Positions 36,357-50,914 of a stretch of DNA of 64,000 bases are shown one piece after another (the stretch's first letter is position 1; each line of letters opens with the position of its first letter). Origin of the DNA: Epiperipatus broadwayi (lineage: Eukaryota > Animalia > Onychophora); NCBI GenBank assembly GCA_028023455.1, contig JAQFVV010000004.1:18104001-18168000 (forward strand). Direction: 5' to 3'. The notes under the pieces are model-generated. The model worked only from the letters and a program-made list of their open reading frames with translations. It did no database searches and was not told the DNA's origin. The translations under genes were made by a program, and so were the position numbers.

Positions 36357-38345
36357 TATATATATATATCTGGTGATGTGCGCATGAACTCAACAATTAA
36401 GACCATTATAAAAATTAAAAGTTTAATTAATATTTATTCAGAAATGAAAGATATTATTTGCTAGTATCTTCTAATTAAAAGGTCGTCATTCTATAATTCA
36501 GCTTTTTACATCAAAGATATCGCGTAAGTATCTGGCGAAAAGCACGTTTTAAGATTCCAAAGAGATTTTTTGACGCACTCTAAATTATAATGAGCCTTCG
36601 AAATAAATATGAAAATAAAAATTAAAAAATATATAATTTTGAATAGAAATTAATGTACATGTGAATCACTTAATTAAGAAGGTAAATAAAAACTACAAAT
36701 AAGTTAATTAAAATCTGAATATTATTTATTTTTTAAATCGCAACATCATTTAAAACATGATTTGGAAGAAAAAAAACAATTTGTTTAACAACGTCTTCAT
36801 TGACTTTTTTCTTGCCAATAGAATTTAAAAATTATGTACAAAATATACACATTTATTTATTAGTGATTCATTAATATTCACTTCTTTCTGACATTTCAAC
36901 TATCTCCTAGGTCTCCATCAAAAGATTACTGAAAAGATGTAATGTGATTTGTTTCCCTTGGAAATATATAGCAGAAAATAAAATACAGTAGAGAACTACA
37001 TAAGACACAGAACTGAAGTATTTCCGAAAGAACGGTTTTCTGCTGAAAAAATTAAAAGATAGCATGTTCTATAAGTGGTTATAGTTGGGTGGTTCATGAA
37101 TTGGTTAATATATATAGTCTTTGCAAAACACATTTCTACTGCAATTTTTTTCTTTTTCCTTTTTTTTTTTTTTTGGAGTTAAAGGGTTTCAACAATTAGT
37201 ACAATCGAGTTAAAATTTTCCAAATTATAATAATTAACTGACAATCTCCACTCTTTAATATAATATTCACATTCCCCACTACCCTTTTTTCGATCATTTT
37301 TTTCTTTCCCTTCTCTTTTTAACTGCCACTGCAATAAATAATAAGCAACGTTTCGCACGATACAAAAAAAAACAACAAAAAATATCATACATTTATACAT
37401 CAAAAACATGTAGTATAACTTCTGAAGAGAATAGAACAAGAGATTTTTAATTTAATTTAAGTCAAAAATATAATCATGTAAATTGTACTTACTTTTTTGA
37501 TGTGCATAATTTTGTGCGTATGAAATTATTAATATTTTTGTATCAATAAAAAAAAAGTGAAGAAAGGTGAAAAAAAAAATAGCCAAAAGGAAAGTGAAAT
37601 AATATATATGTTATATTAAAGAGTGAAGATGATAAATAATTATAATCTTTTTGAAAAATTTAATACGATTTATTAATTTTTGAAAATATTTTAAATGCTT
37701 GTCTTTCATATATACATATAATGTGTAATCCTTTGATAAAGATCATATAAGGGGATCGAAATGTCAAAAAGAGGCGGCAGATATTGATAATTTGATGAAA
37801 ATATATCACGATTTGAAAGAAGAAAAGAGTGTATATATATATATGTAATATTAAATAGAACTGTTTTAAATGTTGCTATAATAAATAATACACCCTTCCA
37901 TTCTATTACATAACAATATCTTAAGAAGAAAATGAAACATTTTCTTGTTGGCTCTCGCTCTAAATTAAGATTGGCTTTTATACTTAACGCAATAGGAATG
38001 AATCTTAATCAAGCTAATAATCTTATTGTTTTAAATTGGTCTAACAGAATGAATTTTTATTAACAATGTAATTATAAATTTTATTAAACGCTCACTATTA
38101 TTTCAGTAATAGTTTTAACAAGGCTGTAAACCTTAGCAATGAGCGTCTGAAAAAATCGTCACTAGGGACCTCTGTAGGTCTTTAAAACACATGCTTACGC
38201 TATGAAGAAAAGAGAGAATCCCAGAAATAATTTTCTTCTTTTTATTATTTTAATTTTATAAGTATTAAACGATTCATATAAAACGATTCTATTTAATGTT
38301 ATATGTATATATATTCACGCTGCGATTTACTTTGTTATATATATA

Positions 38346-38552
38346 AACATTAAAAGTATAAAGCTAAACTAATCAATAAATAATCAAAATTACTCCAAAT
38401 TCACAACTCAAACAGATTAACCAAAAAAAAAAAAACCAAAACTATAAAACACAACCAATGGTTTCACTGCTACAAGCAGACTTAAGAGTTTATTTTTTTG
38501 GCTAGTCTGGTTGAGTTGTGAATTTGAGGTAATTTTGATTATATATATATAT
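38346..38552. repeat. Repeat family F copy with internal inversion; carries the 3' half of an HHR-like motif on the minus strand
   Basis: Homologous to 50551-50715 (AAACATTA.AAG.ATAAAGCTAAACTA...TTTCACTGCTACAAGCAGACTT); 38378-38423 is inverted at 38497-38552. Confidence 0.75.
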
Positions 38553-41500
38553 TGTTTCCAGAATTATTTTGGAAAAAGGATGATGAAGATATGATAGTGA
38601 TTATTGACATCATTTGCTTTGATAGTTTTAAAAAGAAGACATGAGGAAAAAATATTTTTTAATATTAAATCTCATATTAGAATAGGAAAATATTTTTTTA
38701 ATTTATATTGATATAAATAAATTAAAATATATAGCATAGATTTATTATATTATATATAGTTTAAATATAATGGAATTCTAAAAATATGATAATATGCATG
38801 TAAATGGTGAGTAACAGTTATAGTCTGAGACTTTTATGCAAGGAAACGTTAAAACAAAATTAGAAAAATAGAGGAATTTTGAGCACTTGCTGACTGGTAA
38901 ACTTATAAAAAGGAGAAAAAATTCCAATTGAAATCCAAAATGTAATTATCAGAGATTTATATGTACTTGATTACACATATAGATATAAAGTTTATACGTG
39001 TGTCTCTATGAGGAATGTTGACTATTAATTTTTTTAAAAAAGAACAGAAGGAGGGAGGGGTGGAGTAAGTCGGAGAATATGTGTGTTATGATAAAAAGAA
39101 TAGATTGTTAGCAATTAGGATATTTTGAGAATTCTTAATACGATTTACTAACTGTTGAGTATGTTTTAAAAACTTGCATTATATATATGTAGTTCATTAA
39201 GAAAGACTGCATGAGATGGTCAAATATCGGGAAGAGATAGATATTAATGATTTCGCAATAAATAAACAATATTTAAAAGATGGATTGCGTATATATATAT
39301 ATATATATTGAAAAAGATTAAGAAAATGTATCCAGGTTTGCAAACTGAATATATACAACTTTTTTTTCTAGAGTGACACTTTCTGAGCATAGCATATTAG
39401 ACTGCTATGTACATGACATAAGATTTTGAGTCAATTAAAACTATGAAGATTTTTTAAGTTTTAATCATACTTTTTTTTGGGATAATTGGGTATGACCAAT
39501 CCAGTTAATTAGCAAATATTAGTCATTAAATGAAAATACTCAAACTCTCACCACTAAGGACTCTGCTGAGTAATTCATTCTCTTTCACCGTTTTTCTAAT
39601 GTAAGGCTTGTGGATAAGCCTTCCATCTGCTGTGAACTACTTAAAGACTGGTTTATCTACGTTGGTTTATTATCTTATGACTAAATTTCTTTTAGTACTT
39701 AAATATTAAATAAATATCAAAACAGTAGTTACTTAATGTGTTTGTATATATACATAAACATTTATAATAATAATAATATCCTAACTTTTTCACTCTCCAC
39801 CCAAATCTTACAAAGAACTAATAATTTCCTAGATGTTCTCTTTATTATTGCGTACAAGAAATAATCTTTATAAATAGCCTGAATGATCACCATAATTTAT
39901 TCAAAAAAATCTATTACTACGACCTAATATATATAGGTGGTGTTAGAAGAAGCATGAAATTTAGTTTGTAGCTACAAATTGTGTCACCTTCTAATGACTT
40001 TTATATATTGTAATGGGATGGGGTAATTAAGGAGGTAAACAAGGGGTGATGGCAAATCATCATCACTCCCAGTTAATTTAAAATGAAATTTATAAAATGA
40101 AATATCAAATTATTAAAGGAAGATTTTAAAATTAAAAAATATATAAGAAATTATATATATTCAAGACAGCATAAAATATGAGAGATCAGCCAGCTAGACT
40201 ATCTTGGGTATAAGCGTAATTAAACATCAACCAGCATTATAATACGTGAAAGCAAGTATGAGTAGTACTCAAAATAACTATTCATCATCATGAATGATCT
40301 ATCAAAATATATCAATACAATAAATCAACAGACCATCTGGTGACTGGATTGGAAATGGGTCTTCTGTAGATCAGGCTAACTATTGAGCCTTTGCCAACTT
40401 GGGGCAATTATTTAAACATTAATTTGGATGCACAAACTAAGACCTCATCCATCAGAATACATAATAAAAAATCAGAAAAATAATAATTCTGGGATATTAA
40501 AACATGCTGATCATCATCAATGCTTTGGCTATTTAGTACCATTAATGTATTGGTCATCTATAAACTTAATATCTAATAGACTAAACTAAATGAAATGTAG
40601 TGCAAGGTCTTTGTAGAATATTCTCTTTATGCCATAACAGGACTCTTGTCAACTGAATGCCCTTAAAGCATTAATATACATCCCCATTCATATATCAGCC
40701 ATTATTGCATGAATCCAGCTCAGGAAAACTCAAGCTCTATTACTGTATATGATCAAGAGATGATGGAAACAGATATTCTAAAAATATTTAGAACTACTGG
40801 AATAATTTTTAACAACTGAATAAGTTTATTAGATAACAATTAATAAAAGAAATGAAATTAAGGTCTCTAAAAATAAGGCGACTCACGTATAAGCTTTCTG
40901 ATTTTGATTACTATATAAATTTCAAATTATTACATTGCGATTTACTTATATGTGATTAATATACAAAATTCAAGTTACTATATGGTGGTTTACATATATG
41001 TGTGCAACAATGCGATTTATAATATACAATTAATATATTTCAATTGATATTCAATAATGACAAAAAATGATTAAATTTTACATATATGTCCTATTTTAAT
41101 TTGTTACAATAATAATATTATATTTTCCTAATTAATTCCATTTGGAAAACATACAGAAAATTTCACACATACATGTGTATATAAACAAAATATAGATATA
41201 AATTAAAATCAGTTACCAAGTTCTATTACAGCTTGTTTTTTTCTTTTCAAACTAAATAAACTCAATTTTTGTTTGACAGGTATTTGTTGATTAATTAATT
41301 ATCAAGGTCTCTAAATACAAAATGTCTCTTTTTTTCTTTAATAAATAAAAAATGAAATCATTTTATATATTTGTCACTTCAGACCAAAGAAATCATTTAA
41401 AATTTTATTATATATAACACTATTAGATTTCAATTCAAGCAAAAGTTACTTGTTTGTTTTACTTTAAATTACTAAGTTATGATGTCTTTTTAAAGAAATA

Positions 41501-42024
41501 TTAAAGAAAATACAATTCGCTGTAAATACGTTTATTTGTCCTTCTTTGGATATAGACACAGCAGCATATGTATAACTACTTCTTCATCAACTGATGGTTT
41601 CTCTTGATGGGGACGAGTTCAGGAAAGTCATAATCAGGAAGTTATAATCCAGATAAATTGGTTTTGATTTAGGTTCACTTCTGTCTCAGACTTGAAGACT
41701 TCAGGACAGCAAACTGTCTTCTTCATATTTAAGCACACTAGTGAATATAGAAGTGGATCAGCTTCATGATTCAAAACTTCATCAGTAAATTAGGACAGCT
41801 AGTTCCTTGCATTCAATATTGTATAGCTATACTTTACAATAATTTTAATTTCTCCACAGGAAAATAAACCATCATTTGAAAAAATACAGATACAGTATTA
41901 CTATTTCTTGTTTCCTCATATATACTACTCCTTATTTTCTCTAGTTGATTATAATTTTAATTCTAAAACCTACCATATCTATTTAAAAACTAATTATTCA
42001 ATAATAATATGGTAATTGTATAAA

Positions 42025-44795
42025 CAAGAGTTTCCAAAGTGTCTGATATTGACCCTGTGGTCAATTTGAACGTTCTAGAGGTCGATAGTTTCAGTAAAAA
42101 AAAATTGGTGGGTCAACAACAACAAAAATAGACCTTCTTAGTACTGCTATTTGTTTGTTACTTCAAAACATCTATGGTTCCACCTAGGTACCTAATTAAG
42201 AAGTAAAATAATTTAAAAACACTTTTTTGATAAAAATACATTACTTACCTAACTTGCGAACGAAAAAGTCATTAAAAGAGTCACATGTAAAAATGCATGA
42301 AAATACATGTAGCAAAAACAATCTATGCATTGTCTTATAAAGCAAGTGTGGATATGAAAAACCGTTTCATGTTTACACTTGTTCATGGTGGGATGAAACA
42401 ATATTCTATATTAGTAAAATCTATCAGTCTTGTAGGTCATGCTTTCATAAATCGCTATAAATTGATTGTTTGATGTAACATGTACTTATTTGTGATTTGA
42501 ACTTTGAATGTAATTATTTATTAAGGAGCAGTACTACAAAAACAAAATCAGAGGACCCAGTTTATTTATTCGAGTGTGAATAAAAATCTTCTGTTTCAAG
42601 TAAGTACATATTTTATTGTTTTGTTTTTTTATCATAGGGACTGTTGAAATTGTTTGTTAATAAAAGTTTAAGATGACTGAATCAAAAAAAAAAAAAAAGA
42701 AATGCAGACAGTACAGCTTGAACTATTTGAAGCTACGATTTGTTGTCATTATTAAACAAACATTTAACAAAGTGCCTTGTGTGCGAAAAAGTCTTTAGCA
42801 ATAACGCTATGACATCAAAACTAGCAGATCAGTTGAACAGAATTCACCCTGACAAAAAAGAAAAAGATTTGTCATATTTTCAATCACTTAAAGATAAAAT
42901 TTTGAAAACTGTAATAGATAATATGTTTGTTTCATCATTAAAGCACAATGATGATGGATTAAGGGTATCTATCATACAACGTATCTCTACTCAATGTGAA
43001 AACTGGTGAGGCACTCACTATAGGGGAGAAATTGATTCTACCAGCCATATTGGCGGTATTGAACACTGTACTCACAAATCTGCACAAGTTCTTATAAAAA
43101 GGATTCCTTTGAGCAATAACACAGTTCAAACACATGTCGATGAAATGAGTCTCGATGGGAAATTGTTTATGTAATCAGTTGCAAAAAAATGTTTTCCCTC
43201 TGATTGGATGAGTCAACATTACCTGGTAATGAAGCTTTGTTACTGGTGTACATTCACTTTATTCAACATCAGGAAATGCATGAAGACTGCTTTTTGCTAG
43301 AACTTTAAAAATTGACACCGGATTCGAATCGATTTTTAATTTAATGGAGCTATTTTTCAGGGAAATATAATATTTGTTGTGATAGATGGAGCACTAGTTA
43401 TAGTTAGTTATTATTGCAATTTCATAAGTTACCTGAAACAACACATACCTGAAGTGCTTTCAGTTCACTGTGTAATCCATAGGCAACATTTAGTAGCCAA
43501 GAACCTTAGCAACAAATTGCATCAATCACTTGAGTGTTTTATAACAGCTTGAATAAAATTTGAAATAATGTTTTAAACACTAAATTGTTCAGGAAAGTGG
43601 TGAAGATTTCTACAGATTGGTTCTCCATACCAAAGTCCACTGACTTTCAAAAGGTTTATGTTTGGAGATTTTTTGCACTTTTTCAATCTGTTGTAAAAAT
43701 TTTCAAGGATTCCAGTTTGAAAAAAAAATTACTTAAGAGTAAAACAGATATTTCTTATTTAACCAACTTATTTGGAAAATTTAACGATGTTAATTTACAA
43801 CTGCAAGGAGACAATTTGAATCCATCAAAGCAAAATCAGTCATATCGGCTTTTGATAGATTGATGTTTTTAAAGCAAAATCTGAGCTTTCCCAGTTCCCA
43901 ACTTATTTAAAATAGGCACAATCCAAGAAGAAAACATCTTTCAGTTCATTAACAACTTGGAGGCTCTTCGTTTAGATTTCAAAACTAGATTCAAAATATT
44001 CTATCATTGAGAATACCAACTGGATAATAATCCTATACACTACTAGTGCAGAACCAAATATAATTTTGTAAGATGAGCTATCAGCATAAATGAGGATCTC
44101 AAGGTAGAATTTAAACAGGATTATCAAAAGTTTTGGCTGCAACAAGATATTCCACTTCTGTAACCGGCTCTATGGACTGTTGTACAAACGAATTTGCTGG
44201 TATTTCCATTGTCATATCTGGTAGAGAGACGCTTCAATATAATTTTAAACCGTGAAGATGTGAGAATGCAACTCACTAATTTAAAACCGAACATAGATAA
44301 AATTGTTGACAGATCACCAGGTTCACGAATCTGATTAAATTTAGTTTTCCAAGCTAATTTATTTGGTATTCTTATTTTTATAATTCTGATTAAAATTTAT
44401 TGATGTTCAATTCTTTCTGAATATGTTGATTTTTTTCACTTCATTTTCATGTTTAATAAAGTGACTATTTGTACTTATTTTGAATTTACATATTTATTTC
44501 ATAAATGTCAAAAATTAAAAAAAACTCTGTCCTTATTTTATTTGCTTTAATTTCTGTTAGTGCAAGTTCCGATATTAAATGCTGCACAAGATAATGCCAT
44601 ATTTCGTAGTCCGTTTATCTTTTTCAATCATTAATTATATGTGATTAAAATGAAAAGTTTGATATCTAGTGAAATATTTAACATCTGAGTACTATACAAA
44701 TGTATTAATTTGAGTAAATAAAGTAAATGACTAGGAGGTCGATGTTTTTAAAAGTTTTTGGTAAAGGAGCTGCCCAAAAAAGTTTGGAATTCTTG
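42025..44795 (+). mobile_element. Decayed hAT (Buster-type, SCAND3/ZBED-like) DNA transposon
   Basis: BED finger CLVCEKVFSNNAM...IHPDKKEKDLSYFQSLKDK, LDESTLPGNEA, HCVIHRQHL; imperfect TIRs CAAGAGTTTCCAAAGT / AGTTTGGAATTCTTG; flanks GTATAAA / ATATAAA. Confidence 0.9.
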
Positions 44796-46340
44796 ATATA
44801 AATTAAAATAGCATATTTTCTTAGCCAAACAGTTCTAAGTTTATGTAGTATAGTTTTGTATTCATGCCATTTTTTATCTTATATAATCTTTCTCAAAAAT
44901 TAAAACAATAATCAGTTCAATTTAACTATAGATAATTTATATTTAACATATTGTATTTATCAGGATGTGATAGCTTTTTTTTTATTTTTGTTTTTACTCA
45001 CTGTAGAAACTGCTCTATGATACAGTATGGATAAAAACTTGGCTTTCATAATAGTCCATCTTATATTGGTAATGGACACTTTGTACACTACTGCAGCCTG
45101 TCTTTCACATTGAATTTATCATTTATTTTAAGGACTACTACTTTTGTTATTTTTGTTCCTTATTCTTTTCTTCTCATTATTTAAAGTACATTTATTAACA
45201 GCAAATCTATTGTTATTTTTCCAAGTGTTTAATTGAAGTTAATATTCAAAATAATATGTATGCTCAACATTTTAATTAAGCAATACTAAAATTTAAACGT
45301 TTATATCTATTATATCTATTTTAATTCAAAATTGTAGAATAGCAATGAAAAACAAAAAAAACTGGTTTTAATTCCTCTTTTTCAGGTATAGTCTTAATAT
45401 TTTCAAAGCAAAAAAATATAAACATTATTAATAACGTGAAAAAACTTTGACATTTGCACCTTAAACATGCTTAAATGACAGTCAATCAGATAGTAATAAT
45501 GACAGCACAAGGAACTCTCAAATTCAAAACACAAGGCAGAGAATTTACTAGAAAAAGATGGACCCACCTTCTCTACTTAAATTTATATATAAATAAGCCA
45601 GACTCAAGCATTTTGAACTAAGAGCGTGAAGCTTTAAACACCTTCACATTTAATTCATTAAATATTATATATAAATAAACAACGGGAAACAGTATTCTAT
45701 TTGTTAACTACACATATATCTTGATTTATAACTATCTTTTACCTGTCCATTCAATGTTAAGATGGAGCTCTTTTAAGATCTTCACAAATCTTTATGAGAT
45801 TTAGTTAAGTGATGGCCATAATTACATTAATCCTTCCAAGACCTTGTGTTAAGCACAAAGCATATCAAAACATCAACATTTAGCTTTTAGTGCCATAATT
45901 GTACTATACATACATATCATATAATATTTTCTAGTGCACTTCATTACAACATATAGCAAAAAACTTTGTTAAAATAAAGTGTATTATAAATATATTATTA
46001 CTGCTATTTATTATTATTCACTCTTTTTTTTAATATTACAATATAATTAATTATGTTATATTTATAATAGGCTGGTATTAATGTAATCTGACCATAAGTC
46101 AAACTTATGTATATAAAATATCCACTCATAACATCAAGTGGAGAAATATGCAAAAAATTATAGCCACTCACATATTTCTAATCGCAACCCAGTTCAACTA
46201 TTATGCCACTGCTTGTTTATAATTGATTAGCAAATATCTACTTATATATGTATATATCGTTTAGAAAAATTTACATGATAGTGAATAATCATCATTCTTT
46301 CTCAACCTCTCCAAATTTTGGATAAAAAGATTATTATACT

Positions 46341-46652
46341 ATCATCATCATCAACCATTATCAATCCACTGTAGGATGAAGGTCTCTTCAAGTTCAATCC
46401 ATCTTCTCCAATCTTTAGCTTCTCTTTTCCACAACACCCTGCACACTTTGTTATATCATCCATCCATCTCACATGTGATCTCTTTCTGGGTCTTTTACAA
46501 TCTCTTGGAATCCAGTTTAAGATTTCAATTGTCCATCTATTATTATCTCTTTTAGCAATATGTCCAGCCCAACTCCACTTCAGTCTTTTAATTTTTCAAT
46601 GAGGTCAGTAACACCTGTTTGTTCTCTTAGCCATATATTGCGTTTTCGATCT
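46341..46652 (-). mobile_element. RTE-clade LINE 3' end with (GAT)n tail
   Basis: WLREQTGVTDLIEKLKRLKWSWAGHIAKRDNNRWTIEILNWIPRDCKRPRKR..RWMDDI, followed by GATGATGAT. Confidence 0.9.
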
Positions 46653-47581
46653 GCAAATTGGCATATCTTAACAATATAAAAAACTAAATAAGAATAAAAA
46701 ATAATAACAGACTAGCTAAATACATTTACTAGTCTTTGAACAGTGAACTTACCACACACAAAAAAATGTTTCAACTGCAAAACTCTCTTCTGGATTAAAA
46801 ACATATACAGGTATATGCTTTAAAATAATTCTTAAATTTATGTAGCAAATGAGAATATATTGCTTTTTCTTAAAAGCCGATTAAAAAGACAGACAATATG
46901 ACTAATAATGACAGGTAAAAAGTCTAATAGTTTCTGGTGAATTGTAGATTTTACTTTATTTTTGTCTCTTTCTTGCCATAATAATAAAAAACTATAGTGG
47001 TGATTGCCATCACAAGATATGGGTTCAGGTCACAAAATGTATAATACATTCACACGAACTCTCTCCAATTTTATTATCTCTTGCAAAAAGAAAATAGTGA
47101 ATTCAAATTAGTGGCACACATTTTTTAATGCCTGCTGTCCACATTCTATGCTATTTGGAATCAAATGACTTGTTTTTTCACAATGAATTTGTTATAAATA
47201 ATTATGACTATGTCGATTTATTTAAGAATATAATTTTATACCAGCATTAAAAAAACAGACTAAATTCAAAATACTTTTTTTTATTACCAGTAAAATTACA
47301 GTATTATATATATATGCACATACTTTACTTTTAAAAGGTCAAACAAAAGTTTTAACATTATGGATCGTTATAAATTAGTATATATATATAAAGAAACAAA
47401 ATAAGCTTAGAGGGATTTTTTTTTTTGCAAAGCAATAGAAAAATAGATTATTTGTTTGTTTCTTGTCTGAATTCTAGAAACAATACTTTGATTATTGATA
47501 TATTTTGAACGCATTTCTGAAAACTAACTGTTATTAATTATTTTTTATTTTTCTTTTATTTTAAGTTATATTCAATCATTA

Positions 47582-47594
47582 CATTCACACACAT

Positions 47595-47637
<43 letters not shown>
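47582..47637. repeat. (CA)n(TA)n compound microsatellite
   Basis: Direct reading; forms the tail of the adjacent minus-strand LINE. Confidence 0.95.
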
Positions 47638-48560
47638 ATCATGGGGGCAATAAACTTTCTCTGCGCTATGATGCGATCCACTATGGCTTCTCCTTTCTCA
47701 GTCAGGAATCTCTCAGTCACTATGCCCCATCCTAAGATTTTTTCCCTATTACTCTTTATCTTGCTCCATCCTATTTCCACAATATTATCTTTGTCCACTC
47801 TCTGGTCTTTATATCTAAATCCCCCTTATCTTTTTCCAAACCCAGCATAAAAATCAAAAACCCACTTTCTGTATAATCACTTTGTTTATATTTATTCTGC
47901 CACGATTTCATTATTTGTACTCTTTCTGCTTGTATTCATTTACATTCACCTAACATATGCTTAATATTTTCCATGTCTTCCTTACATAACTTGCAGACTA
48001 AATCATCCACATTTCGCCATTTATGTGTATATTTCCTTATTGCTAACGATCCTGTTCGAACCTTACACAGTAAACTTCTTTCATTGCTATTATCATAAAT
48101 TAACTCACATCTAATATTCTGTTTTTTCCTAGATATATATTTAAACTCTTTTTACTCTCCATACTAGTTCTCCATCTCCCCAACTCCCTATTTTTTATTA
48201 ATGCATCTATTCTTCTATCCTATTTCTTGCCACTATATTACTCAACAATTTTAACACAATCATTCCAACTTTTGTATAAATATACTAGTATGCAGTCTTT
48301 ATCCAAATCTTTCTCATTCATCTTATTGCATGTCCTTTACTCATAACCCAGTTAAATACTATTTCGGCTATTCTTCTGTTATTCTTTTATTAGCCATAAA
48401 CTGTAATCTACCGAACATTTGCATTTTGCATCTCTCATATAAAAACTTGACCATTCCATTTTTCCTTGAATTACCTCCTTTGCCATCCACACTTCTGCAT
48501 CTAATACATGTCTTACTATTTCTCTTTGTACTTTTCTAAGTAATCTAACATCCCATCAAT
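47638..48560 (-). mobile_element. Non-LTR retrotransposon 3' fragment with C-terminal CCHC motif (RTEX-like, tentative clade)
   Basis: YDNSNERSLLCKVRTGSLAIRKYTHKWRNVDDLVCKLCKEDMENIKHMLGEC; ORF 47556-47798 runs into the microsatellite tail. Confidence 0.8.
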
Positions 48561-49267
48561 ATTCTGCCCTCTATTGATAGATTTCATTTTGAAAATAGTA
48601 AAATGAAATTCATTTATATTTACTTTACTAGTTCTTATAAGAATAGTGAATTAGACAAGTGGCTGCATATTCAATAATAATAAAACCTCATGGAATATGG
48701 CAATTAACTTTCTATGATATAATTAACTGCCATTCATCAGATATCTTGTAAATAAAATAATCAGCTATTTCACATATAATTTATTAATTAATTCAAAACT
48801 TCTCATAAATATGTAATCTTAGGAACAATAAACTTTTTCTACACTGTATATCAATATCCTGTTTTATGTTCTCCTACTTCACTTTGCAAACATAAAGTGA
48901 ATCCATTTACATTTGCCTTTCTAGTTTTCGAAAGATTAGCCAATTTGGTAAGTGAAATTAATTGGGATGAAGATATTACTGAGTATAACATCATAAAAGG
49001 GTCATTGTTGTTAGTTTTTGATTAAACTTTATATGAAATGTATAAAAAACTTGAAAAATATGGACTCATTTAGGATATATACAAGCACTATGAGTTAATT
49101 TAATAGCTTAAATATAAAATACATGAACTCCATGGATATATACCAAGACATTCACAGTCCTTAATTAATCTTTTATCTGAATCCAGGTTTTTTAACCTTG
49201 TTTCACATTGAACTTGAGGTTATTTTATCAAAATTTATTATTGAGCCTTATATATATGTGTGTGTGT

Positions 49268-50548
49268 GTGTTAAAACGAAGATTTGCACGGGTTAAATAT
49301 ATAAAAAACATATTTTGCAGGTTCATCCGTGTTAAAAAATTTTAATATTAATATACTGACGTTTTGACTTGGTCACACAAGTCATCCACAGAGTTATAAA
49401 AGGTAGAAAGACGGTTGTAGAGGCGCTACAATCACTGATTTGAAAAAACGTTAAAGTTCCACCAATAGCAAAAATGTTAAATTTAGGAATGTTTTTTAAA
49501 AAAATCTTTCCAAATAGGAGGAAGTTTGCATGTATCATCTCGCTTATTGATACAATCTGGCCTTTTAAATATCTCAATGGCTTCTCTAATTTTGCACTGG
49601 TAGAGATTATCACATCTGGATATGATCCTGGTACTAGAAAAATCAATTTTATGACCTGAATCTATAGTATGGAGTGAGAGTGCTGATGATGATGAGTGTT
49701 GTTTAACTGCATTAGTATGCTCATCTCTCCTAACACTGATGCGATTACTCATACCTATGTAATCTCAAAGAAGAAATAAGTCATATTAATAGTGTTTTAT
49801 TAGCAAATAGTTATAATTACAAATTTATAAAAAAAGCCTTATTTCAAGCCCAAAATAGACAAAATAGGAAACAACAAAGATGATAAATCAGCTATTAAGA
49901 TTTGTGTTCCATATGTAAAAGGAACTACAGACAGTATCGGACATATATTAAAATGCTATAATATAGATACAGCATTTTCTACTCATCAAAAGATCAGCAA
50001 TATAATAACCAAGCCTAAGGATTCAATCCCTCTTGAATCTCATGGTGTCTATCAAATCTCATGTAAAAATTGTAAAGCTTCTTACATAGGTATGAGTAAC
50101 CATCGCATCAGTGTTAGGAGAGATGATCATGCTAATGCAGTTAAACAACACTCATCATCATCAGCACTCTCACTCCATACTATAGATTCAGGTCATAAAA
50201 TTGATTTTTCTAGTACCAGGATCATATCCAGATGTGATAATCTCTACCAGTGCAAAATTAGAGAAGCCATTGAGATACTTAAAAGGCCAGATTGTATCAA
50301 TAAGCGAGATGATACATACAAACTTCCTTCTATTTGGAAAGATTTTTTTAAAAAACATTTCTGAATTTAACATTTTTGCTATTGGTGGAACTTTAACGTT
50401 TTTTCAAATCAGTGATTATAGCGCCTCTACAACCGTCTTTCTACCTTTTATAACTCTGTGGATGACTTGTGTGACCAAGTCAAAACGTCAGTATATTAAT
50501 ATTAAAAGTTTTTAACACGGATGAACCCGCAAAATATGTTTTATATAT
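49268..50548 (+). mobile_element. Penelope-like element 3' fragment (PLE-2, GIY-YIG) with ~467-bp inverted duplication
   Basis: VPYVKGTTDSIGHILK...HGVYQISCKNCKASYIGMSNHRISVRRDDH...KIREAIEI; inverted repeats 49297-49762 and 50082-50548. Confidence 0.95.
50453..50492 (+). ncRNA. Minimal PLE-type HHR motif with two core substitutions (mirror copy 49355-49394, minus strand)
   Basis: ACT CTGTGGA T GACTTG-TGTGAC-CAAGTC AAAA CG TC AGT; 3-bp helix I, 6-bp helix II, palindromic ACGT helix III; A6U and G12A. Confidence 0.65.
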
Positions 50549-50550
50549 AT

Positions 50551-50875
50551 AAACATTACAAGCATAAAGCTAAACTAGTCAATATATAATTAAAATTACC
50601 CCAAATCCAAAATTCAACCAGACCAGCATAAAAATAATATTAAAACACTACCAAAAGTTTCACTGCTACAAGCAGACTTCTCAAGTGTAAAGAACTACAA
50701 AAACTACACAATATAAAGAATCTTTATTATTGAAAATTTATTATTCTGAAGCAATTAACTTATTTAAGAGTTCTTTTAATATTAAGGGTGGATGGGAAGT
50801 GAATGGATTTGTGGGTAATGTTTAATATTATATATATTGTGTAGTTTTTGTAGTTCTTTACACTTATATATAAAG

Positions 50876-50914
<39 letters not shown>

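Noticed and set aside
41500-41800. Protein-like minus-strand stretch with frameshifts (similarly 56480-56800)
   Set aside because: No family recognised; no splice or terminal signals.
49332-50515. Mirror-image ORF pairs (MIFLVPG..., MLN...)
   Set aside because: They are antisense frames of the PLE-2 endonuclease region, duplicated by the inverted repeat.
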